DNA from: Candidatus Dormiibacterota bacterium
GTDB taxonomy: Bacteria > Chloroflexota > Dormibacteria > Aeolococcales > Bog-877
Assembly (NCBI GenBank): GCA_027306655.1
Contig: DAHUZL010000031.1
Coordinates: 830-64,829 of the forward strand
DNA: 64,000 nucleotides
Direction of reading: 5' to 3'
Of the stretch, positions 57,540 to 64,000 are shown piece by piece (position 1 is the stretch's first letter; each line of letters starts with the position of its first letter). The notes under the pieces were generated by a model. That model ran no database searches. It was not told where the DNA came from and saw only the letters and a list, made by a program, of their open reading frames with translations. A program made the translations under genes and the position numbers.

Positions 57540-58175
57540 TCAGCGTCGGGAGTAGTACTCGACGATCAGCTGCTCGTCGATGGTGGTGTCCATCTCGCTG
57601 CGCTCGGGCATCCGGACCACATCGACGCGGAACTGCTCGGGGGTCAGCGAGAGCCACCCGGGCAGGCTGCGCCCGCCGCTGCGGGCCAGGGAGCGGGCGA
57701 TCGGTTCCGCCGCGCGCGACCGTTCGCGCACGGTCACGATGTCGCCGGGCCGGACCTGGAAGCTGGGAACGTTGACCGTCCGTCCCCGCACCGCGAAGTG
57801 GCGGTGGGCGACCAGCTGGCGGGCCTCCCGGCGCGAGCTGGCGAAGCCGGCTCGGTACACGACATTGTCCAGGCGCTGCTCCAGGTGCTGCAGCAGCACG
57901 GTGCCGGTGACACCCTGGCGGCGGGCGGCCTCGTCGAAGTAGTTGCGGAACTGCGTCTCCAGGATCCCGTAGATGCGGCGGGCGCGCTGCTTGGCCCGCA
58001 GCTGGACCCCGTAGTCGCTCACCCGCCGGCGGCGGGCGAGCCCATGCTGGCCCGGCGGGGTGGCGTTGCGGCGGGTGAAGGTGCAGCGCTCGCCGATGCA
58101 CTTCTCCCCCTTGAGGAACAGCTTCAGGCCCTCACGCCGGCAGAGCCGGCAGGCGGGCTCGTGGACGTTGGCCAT
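57540..58175 (-). CDS. rpsD: 30S ribosomal protein S4
   Basis: Cys4 zinc-ribbon N-terminus (CRLCRREG...CIGERC) and an S4 RNA-binding domain. 211 aa. Confidence 0.95.
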   Translation of the reverse strand: MANVHEPACRLCRREGLKLFLKGEKCIGERCTFTRRNATPPGQHGLARRRRVSDYGVQLRAKQRARRIYGILETQFRNYFDEAARRQGVTGTVLLQHLEQRLDNVVYRAGFASSRREARQLVAHRHFAVRGRTVNVPSFQVRPGDIVTVRERSRAAEPIARSLARSGGRSLPGWLSLTPEQFRVDVVRMPERSEMDTTIDEQLIVEYYSRR

Positions 58176-58183
58176 CGCCGGCC

Positions 58184-58579
58184 TCAGACCCGCCGCCGCT
58201 TGGGCGGGCGGCAGCCGTTGTGGGGGATGGGGGTGACATCGGTGATGGCGCTGATCTCCAGGCCGGCGGCCTGGAGGGAGCGAATCGCCGCCTCCCGTCC
58301 CGCCCCCGGTCCCTTGACGAACACCTCGATCTGGCGCAGGCCGTGCTCCTGGGCCCGGCGGGCGGTGGCCTCGGCGGTGATCTGGGCCGCGAAGGGAGTG
58401 CTCTTGCGCGACCCCTTGAACCCCTGGCCGCCGGCGGAGCCCCAGGCGATCACGTTCCCCTCCGGGTCGGTGAGGGACACGATGGTGTTGTTGAAGGTGC
58501 TCTGGATGTGCGCCTGCCCGACCGTGATGTGCTTGCGCTCACGGCGGCGGGTCCGGACGACCTTCTTCTTCTTGGCCAC
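58184..58579 (-). CDS. rpsK: 30S ribosomal protein S11
   Basis: Collinear with S11 ([18 protein letters not shown]...). Confidence 0.95.
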   Translation of the reverse strand: MAKKKKVVRTRRRERKHITVGQAHIQSTFNNTIVSLTDPEGNVIAWGSAGGQGFKGSRKSTPFAAQITAEATARRAQEHGLRQIEVFVKGPGAGREAAIRSLQAAGLEISAITDVTPIPHNGCRPPKRRRV

Positions 58580-58629
58580 CTCGGCTCCTCAGCGGGGGGG
58601 GGATGGACGGCGGCGGCGAGCGGGGCGGA

Positions 58630-59013
58630 TCACTTGCCCTTCTTCCGGCGCACGCCGACGGTCTTGCGCGGTCCCCGGCGGGCCCGGGCATTGGTGCGGG
58701 TGCGCTGGCCGCGCACCGGCAGGCCGCGGCGATGGCGCAGCCCGCGGTAGGTGCCGATCTCCATCAGCCGCTTGATGTTGAGGGCCACCTGGCGTCGGAG
58801 GTCACCCTCGACCTTGCCGGCGAGGTCCTTGGCGATCACATCACGAAGGCGCGCGACCTGGGCTTCGGAGAGCTCGCGCACCCGGGTGTTGGGGTCGAGG
58901 TTGGCGATCCGCAGCACCCGCTGGCTGGTGGTCCGGCCAATCCCGAAGATGTAGGTGAGGCCGACCTCGACCCGCTTCTCGCGGGGGATGTCGACGCCGG
59001 CGATCCGGGCCAT
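58630..59013 (-). CDS. rpsM: 30S ribosomal protein S13
   Basis: [26 protein letters not shown] is collinear with S13. Confidence 0.95.
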   Translation of the reverse strand: MARIAGVDIPREKRVEVGLTYIFGIGRTTSQRVLRIANLDPNTRVRELSEAQVARLRDVIAKDLAGKVEGDLRRQVALNIKRLMEIGTYRGLRHRRGLPVRGQRTRTNARARRGPRKTVGVRRKKGK

Positions 59014-59020
59014 CCTCAGC

Positions 59021-59134
59021 CTACCCCTGGCGCTGCTTGTGCTTGGGGTTCTCGCAGATCACGCGGACCGCGCCGGCGCGCTTGATCACCTTGCACTTGT
59101 CGCAGATCCGCCTCACCGACGCTCGCACCTTCAC
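59021..59134 (-). CDS. rpmJ: 50S ribosomal protein L36
   Basis: Not in the ORF track (below the length cutoff). Manual translation of the minus strand gives [37 protein letters not shown], i.e. L36 with a zinc-ribbon Cys/His. Confidence 0.9.
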   Translation of the reverse strand: MKVRASVRRICDKCKVIKRAGAVRVICENPKHKQRQG

Positions 59135-59164
59135 CGCACGCCTCCCTGGGGCTTGACCCGCCGC

Positions 59165-59383
59165 TCACGCCAGTCGGGCCACGATCCGCCCGCGGCCCGG
59201 GTCGGCGGTCGAGAGCTCGACCATGACCCGGTCCCCGGCAAGGATGCGCAGGCTGGTGAGGCGGGCCCGGCCGGCCGCGTGGGCCAGGACCCGGTGTCCG
59301 CTTGCCAGCTCCACCCGATAGAGCGCGTTCGGCAGTGGCTCCAGCACCCGTCCCTCCACACCCCGCGGGGGATCATCCCTCAC
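59165..59383 (-). CDS. infA: Translation initiation factor IF-1
   Basis: [48 protein letters not shown] is the S1-like OB fold of IF-1. 72 aa. Confidence 0.9.
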   Translation of the reverse strand: MRDDPPRGVEGRVLEPLPNALYRVELASGHRVLAHAAGRARLTSLRILAGDRVMVELSTADPGRGRIVARLA

Positions 59384-59464
59384 GGCGCGCTCGGACCACG
59401 GCGGCGCTGACGCCGTTGCCCGCCAGTATACGCGATGACACCCGTTGGTGCGGCCCGGCCCCGC

Positions 59465-60217
59465 TCACGCCGGCAGCCGGGTGAGCACCTCGGGGCCCTC
59501 CTCGCCGACCGCCACGGTGTGTTCGAAGTAGCAGGCCCACCGGCCGTCCTGGGTCACCACCGTCCAGCCGTCGTCGCGGACCCGGGTGGCGGGATCGCCC
59601 AGGGTCGCCATCGGCTCGATGGCGAGGCACAGCCCGGGGCGGATCTCCACCCCCCGGCGGGGCTGGCCGTGGTTGGGGACCTGGGGGTCCTCGTGCATGT
59701 CGCGGCCGATGCCGTGGCCGGTGTAGAGGCGGACCACCCCGTAGCCGTGGCCCTCCAGGTGGCGCTGGACGGCGTGGCCGATGTCGCCGATCCGGTTGCC
59801 GGGCCGGGCCTGGAGGATCCCCAGCTCGAGCGCCTCCTCGGTCACCCGGAGCAGCTCGGCGTGCTCCGGCCGGACCGCCCCGCAGGCCACGGTGAGGCCG
59901 GCGTCGGCCCACCAGCCCTGGTGGATCAGCCCGCAGTCGAGGCTGACCAGGTCCCCCGCTCGGAGCCGGCGCCGGCCGGGGACGCCGTGCACGATCTCCT
60001 CGTTGACGGAGACGCAGAGGTGGCGGGGGAACCCGTCGTAGCCGAGGAAGCCGGGCACGCACCCGCGGCGGCGGATCGCCCGGTCGGCGGCGCGGTCCAG
60101 CTCGAGGGTGGTGATCCCAGGCCGGACCCGGTCGCGCAGCTCCGCCAGCACCGCCCCCAGGTGCCGCCCCGCCTCCCGCATCAGCGCCACGTCCTGGGGA
60201 CGCTTCAGGGTGATCAG
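59465..60217 (-). CDS. map: Methionine aminopeptidase type I
   Basis: ITLKRPQDVALMREAGRHLG N-terminus and metal ligands (D, D, H, E, E regions: DCGLIHQGWWAD, HGIGRDMHE, AIEPMAT, EHTVAV). There is no ATG/GTG/TTG upstream of the conserved N-terminus, so the start is probably the CTG at 60217 or the ATC at 60214, overlapping the adk stop. Confidence 0.8.
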   Translation of the reverse strand: MITLKRPQDVALMREAGRHLGAVLAELRDRVRPGITTLELDRAADRAIRRRGCVPGFLGYDGFPRHLCVSVNEEIVHGVPGRRRLRAGDLVSLDCGLIHQGWWADAGLTVACGAVRPEHAELLRVTEEALELGILQARPGNRIGDIGHAVQRHLEGHGYGVVRLYTGHGIGRDMHEDPQVPNHGQPRRGVEIRPGLCLAIEPMATLGDPATRVRDDGWTVVTQDGRWACYFEHTVAVGEEGPEVLTRLPA

Positions 60218-60828
60218 CGCTCCGCCCCGCGGTCGACGGCGGCCGCCACCCCTCCCGCCGCCAGCGCGGCCATCAGGGCCTGGTGGACGGCCTCGATCGG
60301 GCCGGTGCCGTCGATCCGTGACGCGGCCCCCAGGGTCTCGTAGTGCGCCAGCGCGGGCAGGGTCTCGGCGACATAGACGGCGATCCGGGCGGTGATCGTC
60401 TCGGGGGTGTCGTCGTCCCGGCCCTGGGCGAGCGCCCGCTCGCGGAGCCGATCCCGGAGCCGCGGCTCGGGGACGTCCAGGAGCACCGCCCGGACCGGCC
60501 CCAGGCCCAGCCGGTGCAGGAGGCGATCCAGGGCCTCGGCCTGGGCCAGGGTGCGCGGGAACCCGTCGAGGACGAACCCGCCGTGGTCGGGGGCCGCCGC
60601 CAGTCGGCCCGCGATCAGGTCGATCATGAGGCCGTCCGGGACCAGCGCTCCCCGGTCGAGGAAGGCGGCGGCGCTCTGCCCCAGCGGGGAGCCCGCCGCC
60701 CGCTCCGCGCGCAGGATGTCGCCGGGCGCGACGTGGATGCACCCGAGCCGTTCCACCAGCAGCTGGGCCTGGGTGCCCTTGCCGCTCCCGGGCGGGCCGA
60801 AGAGGATCAGGCCGCCCAGGCGGCCCAT
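60214..60828 (-). CDS. adk: Adenylate kinase
   Basis: P-loop LILFGPPGSGKGTQA and the NMP-binding/LID regions. Start trimmed to the ATG at 60828. Confidence 0.9.
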   Translation of the reverse strand: MGRLGGLILFGPPGSGKGTQAQLLVERLGCIHVAPGDILRAERAAGSPLGQSAAAFLDRGALVPDGLMIDLIAGRLAAAPDHGGFVLDGFPRTLAQAEALDRLLHRLGLGPVRAVLLDVPEPRLRDRLRERALAQGRDDDTPETITARIAVYVAETLPALAHYETLGAASRIDGTGPIEAVHQALMAALAAGGVAAAVDRGAER

Positions 60829-60839
60829 CGCCAGGGCGC

Positions 60840-62198
60840 TCACCGGATGAACCCGCGGTACTGCCGCATCAGCAGCTGGGTCTCCAGCTGCTTCATCGTG
60901 TCGAGGGAGACCCCCACCACGATCAGCACCGCGGTGCCCCCCAGGTAGAGACCGGTGTTGGGCTGCTGGCCGGTGGCGAGCGCGGTCAGCACCGGCAGCA
61001 CCACCGTGATCACGCCCAGGAAGAGCGCCCCCGCCAGGGTGATCCGCCCCATCACCCGGGAGAGGTAGTCGGCGGTCTGGCCCCCGGGCCGGATCCCGGG
61101 GATGAACACCGCGTTCTTGCGCAGGTTGTCGGCGGTGTCCTCGGGGTCGAAGGTGACCGCGGTGTAGAAGAAGGTGAACGCCATCACCAGCCCGAAGTAG
61201 GCGACCTCGTAGAGGATGTCGACGCTGAGGTTGGGCCCGAACGGATTCCAGTTGTTGTGGATCCAGACCGCGATCGTGCCCAGCGCCCCTCCCGACTGGC
61301 CGGCCGGAGGCGAGAAGAAATTGCCGAAGAGGGTCGGGAAGAACATGATCGAGACCGCGAAGATGATGGGGATCACCCCGGCCTGGTTGACCCGCAGCGG
61401 CAGGAAGCTGCTCCTCCCCTGATAGACCTTGCGGCCGAGCACCCGCTGCGCCGACTGGATCGGGATCTTGCGGGTGGCCTGCTGCACGAAGATGATCCCG
61501 GCGCTGACCACCACCCCGATCACCGCGAACATGAACAGGGTGTAGATCTGCGAGCTGTTGTGGCCGAGTCCGAGCACCGTGCCGGGAACCTGGCCCAGGA
61601 TCCCGATCATGATGATGATCGAGACGCCGTTGCCGATGCCGTACTCGGTGATCAGCTCGCCGAACCACATGATCACCACCGTGCCGGCGGTGAGGGTGAT
61701 GATGACCCCCGCCATCTGCGGCCAGCTGAGGGTGGGCGAGAGGATCGACTGGCCCTGGAAGGTGAAGCTCTGGAAGAGCCGGACGAAGCCGAACGACTGC
61801 AGCGCGGCCAGCGCCACCGTGAGGTAGCGGGCGTACTGGGTGAGCCGCTTGCGTCCCTGCTCGCCCTCCTTGGACAACTCCTTGACCCGGGTCGAGATCA
61901 CCGTCATCAGCTGCATGATGATGGTGGCGTTGATATAGGGGTTCAGCCCCAGCGCGACGATCGAGATGCCGGAGTACCCGAAGCCGGTGCCGACCCCGAA
62001 GCCACTGCCGGAGAACAGGTTGAGCAGGCCAAGCAGACCGTTGGTCGCGAAGAGGTCGCGCAGCGCGGCCCCATTGACCGCCGGGATGGTGATCGAGGCG
62101 AGCAGCCGATCCGCGCAGATGAGGCCGACGGTGATCAGCAGCTTGCGTCGCAGCTCGGGCACCTGCATCGCACTGCGCAGCGCGCTGAAGACGTTCAC
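60840..62198 (-). CDS. secY: Preprotein translocase subunit SecY
   Basis: 452 aa, 10 TM helices, and collinear with SecY (ITIPAVNGAALRDLFAT...). Confidence 0.95.
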   Translation of the reverse strand: MNVFSALRSAMQVPELRRKLLITVGLICADRLLASITIPAVNGAALRDLFATNGLLGLLNLFSGSGFGVGTGFGYSGISIVALGLNPYINATIIMQLMTVISTRVKELSKEGEQGRKRLTQYARYLTVALAALQSFGFVRLFQSFTFQGQSILSPTLSWPQMAGVIITLTAGTVVIMWFGELITEYGIGNGVSIIIMIGILGQVPGTVLGLGHNSSQIYTLFMFAVIGVVVSAGIIFVQQATRKIPIQSAQRVLGRKVYQGRSSFLPLRVNQAGVIPIIFAVSIMFFPTLFGNFFSPPAGQSGGALGTIAVWIHNNWNPFGPNLSVDILYEVAYFGLVMAFTFFYTAVTFDPEDTADNLRKNAVFIPGIRPGGQTADYLSRVMGRITLAGALFLGVITVVLPVLTALATGQQPNTGLYLGGTAVLIVVGVSLDTMKQLETQLLMRQYRGFIR

Positions 62199-62737
62199 GG
62201 CGGCGGGAGGGGAGCGTCCTCGGGGTCGGCGGGGACCGGCTCCGGCCCGGCTGCCGGCGGAGTCTCGACCGCGGCCGGCTCGGCGGGGGAGGCGTCGAGC
62301 AGCTCCACCCGGCCCCCCGACGCGCTGATGGCGGCCTGGGCGGCGCGGCTGGCGCGATGGACGCGTACGGTCAGCCCGGCGGGGACCGGGCCGGCGGCGA
62401 GCAGCTTGACCCGGCTGCGCGGGCTGGGGACCAGGCCCGCCAGGGCCAGCTGGGCGGGATCGACCACGGTGCCGCTGGCGAAGCGGAGCAGTTTGCCGCA
62501 GTTGACGACCGCGTAGGTCACCCGGAAGCGGTTGGTGAAGCCGCGCAGCTTGGGCACGCGCTGGGTGAGCGGCATCTGGCCGCCCTCGAAGGCGCGCGGC
62601 AGGCTCCAGGAGCTGCGCGCGCCCTGTCCCTTCTGGCCGCGGCCACTGGTCTTGCCACGGCCGGCGGCGATCCCGCGACCGGCCCGGACCGGCTGCCGGC
62701 GGCTGCCCGCCGGGGACCGGAGCTCGTGCAGCTGCAT
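62195..62737 (-). CDS. rplO: 50S ribosomal protein L15 with a ~35-aa Pro/Ala-rich C-terminal extension
   Basis: MQLHELRSPAGSRRQPVRAGRGIAAGRGKTSGRGQKGQ is the L15 N-terminus. Start trimmed to the ATG at 62737. Confidence 0.9.
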   Translation of the reverse strand: MQLHELRSPAGSRRQPVRAGRGIAAGRGKTSGRGQKGQGARSSWSLPRAFEGGQMPLTQRVPKLRGFTNRFRVTYAVVNCGKLLRFASGTVVDPAQLALAGLVPSPRSRVKLLAAGPVPAGLTVRVHRASRAAQAAISASGGRVELLDASPAEPAAVETPPAAGPEPVPADPEDAPLPPP

Positions 62738-62741
62738 CGTC

Positions 62742-62978
62742 TCATCCCTCCCCGTGGCCGGCGGGGCCACCGCGGCGGGCGGCGGGCGGCGCCGCCTCGA
62801 ACGTCTCCACCCGCACCAGGTGGCGGACCTTGTGCACCATCCCCCGCAGGCTGGGGCTGTCGGGGTGCTCCACCGTCTGCTGCAGCCGGCGCAGCCCGAG
62901 GGCCGCCACCGTTCGCTTCTGGTCGGCGGCATGACCGATCGCGCTGTGCACGTAGGTCACCCGCAGGCTCGGGCTCAT
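62742..62978 (-). CDS. rpmD: 50S ribosomal protein L30
   Basis: [32 protein letters not shown] is collinear with L30. Confidence 0.9.
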   Translation of the reverse strand: MSPSLRVTYVHSAIGHAADQKRTVAALGLRRLQQTVEHPDSPSLRGMVHKVRHLVRVETFEAAPPAARRGGPAGHGEG

Positions 62979-63517
62979 GCCGGTGCCTCCGCCGTCTCCC
63001 GGCGGGCGCCCAGCTCGGCCAGGGTCCGTCCCCGCAAGGCCGCCACGGTCTCCGGCCGGCGCAGCTCGCCGAGGGCGGTGATGGTGGCCCGGACGGTGTT
63101 GATCGGGTTGTCGCTGCCGAGCGACTTGGTGAGGATGTCCTTGATGCCGGCCAGCTCCACCACCGCACGCATCGCCCCCCCGGAGATCACCCCGGTCCCG
63201 GCCGACGCCGGCTTGAGCAGCACCCGGGCGGCCCCGACCTTGACCCGCACCTCGTGGGGGATGGTATGCCCGATCATCGGCACCTCGATGAGGTGCTTCT
63301 TGGCATCCTCCACCCCCTTGCGGATCGCCTCCGGCACCTCGCCCGCCTTGCCCAGCCCGGCGCCCACCCGGCCGGAGCCGTCGCCCACCACCACCAGCGC
63401 GCTGAAGGAGAAGCGCCGGCCCCCCTTCACCACCTTGGCCACCCGGTTGAGGCTGACCACGCGCTCGGCCAGCTCGCCCCGGCCGTCCCGGTCGGATCGC
63501 TGCGGACTCATGGACAT
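62975..63517 (-). CDS. rpsE: 30S ribosomal protein S5
   Basis: [28 protein letters not shown] has the S5 dsRBD-like fold. Start trimmed to the ATG at 63517, immediately after the rplR stop. Confidence 0.9.
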   Translation of the reverse strand: MSMSPQRSDRDGRGELAERVVSLNRVAKVVKGGRRFSFSALVVVGDGSGRVGAGLGKAGEVPEAIRKGVEDAKKHLIEVPMIGHTIPHEVRVKVGAARVLLKPASAGTGVISGGAMRAVVELAGIKDILTKSLGSDNPINTVRATITALGELRRPETVAALRGRTLAELGARRETAEAPA

Positions 63518-63518
63518 C

Positions 63519-63878
63519 TCAGAACTCCAGCCCGGCGGCACGGGCGGCGTCGGCGAGGGCACGGACCCGGCCGTGGTACCGGTAGCCGCCGCGGTCGAAC
63601 ACGGCGTGGCTCACCCCGGCCGCGACGGCGCGCTCCGCCAGGGTGCGGCCGACCGCCTCCGCGCTGCGCTGGGTGGCGCCGGTCGCCCCGAGCGCCCCCT
63701 CCACGGTGGCGGCGGCGGCCAGGGTGCGCCCGTGCTCGTCATCGACCAGCTGGGCGTAGACGTGGCGAAGGCTGCGGTAGACGCAGAGCCGGGGGCGTTG
63801 CGCGGTGCCGCGGACCCGGCCGCGGACGCGCCGATGGCGGCGGCGGCGAGCCGCGGCCCGGTCGAAGACGATGCGCAT
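63519..63878 (-). CDS. rplR: 50S ribosomal protein L18
   Basis: [28 protein letters not shown]...[26 protein letters not shown] is collinear with L18. Confidence 0.9.
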   Translation of the reverse strand: MRIVFDRAAARRRRHRRVRGRVRGTAQRPRLCVYRSLRHVYAQLVDDEHGRTLAAAATVEGALGATGATQRSAEAVGRTLAERAVAAGVSHAVFDRGGYRYHGRVRALADAARAAGLEF

Positions 63879-63897
63879 GGGGTGCAGGGACTCCTAC

Positions 63898-64000
63898 TTC
63901 TTGCCGACCTTGCCGCTCTTGCCCGCCTTGCGCCGGATCCGCTCGCCCCGGTACAGGATCCCCTTGCCCTTGTAGGGTTCCGGGGGCCGAAGGCGGCGGA
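63898..64000 (-). CDS. rplF: 50S ribosomal protein L6 (3' end only; the gene continues beyond the window)
   Basis: The minus-strand translation ends ...[29 protein letters not shown], the L6 C-terminus. Partial at the window edge. Confidence 0.8.

Overview
This is a very high-GC (about 73-75%) bacterial chromosomal segment with actinobacterial-type synteny. I trimmed the obvious 5' over-extensions in the six-frame ORF track (GlgX, UvrB, PolA, RlmD, TsaD/B/E, RpoA, Adk, RimI, RplO). I rejected all the long antisense ORFs opposite well-supported genes as GC-driven artefacts.

Gene content, 5' to 3':
- 1-5.5 kb: a large cytoplasmic BNR/Asp-box beta-propeller protein and an orphan Tat-signal family-5 solute-binding protein.
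- 5.6-16.5 kb: glgX, uvrB, a divergent Uup-like ABC-F ATPase, and a polA-mutM(fpg)-GT4 cluster with overlapping stop/start codons.
- 16.7-22 kb: a bifunctional-nuclease (DUF151) gene, tRNA-Leu(CAA), a fatty-acid synthesis operon in the unusual order fabF-acpP-fabD-fabG, a GNAT acetyltransferase, and a tandem YggT.
- 22-30.4 kb: dnaE, rlmD, gatB, gatA and gatC on the minus strand.
- 30.4-37.7 kb: an accessory island inserted between gatC and ligA. It holds four PIN-toxin/antitoxin pairs (Phd-VapC, RHH-VapC, RHH-PIN, FitA-like-VapC), a 1212-aa zinc-ribbon + class III nucleotide cyclase + AAA_16 STAND ATPase + TPR protein, and a disrupted NmrA-like remnant.
- 37.7-64 kb: ligA, pcrA, groEL-groES with one perfect CIRCE, tsaD-rimI-tsaB-tsaE, thiL, an AcpS-NnrD (YjeF_C) fusion, glmS, cdaR, cdaA, argF, then the ribosomal/rpoA/secY block through a partial rplF.

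The most interesting candidate is the cyclase-STAND-TPR protein embedded among PIN toxins in the gatC/ligA island. Secondary points are the AcpS-YjeF_C fusion, a CdaA/CdaR/glmS arrangement without glmM, a probable non-AUG start for map, and several palindromic operator candidates.
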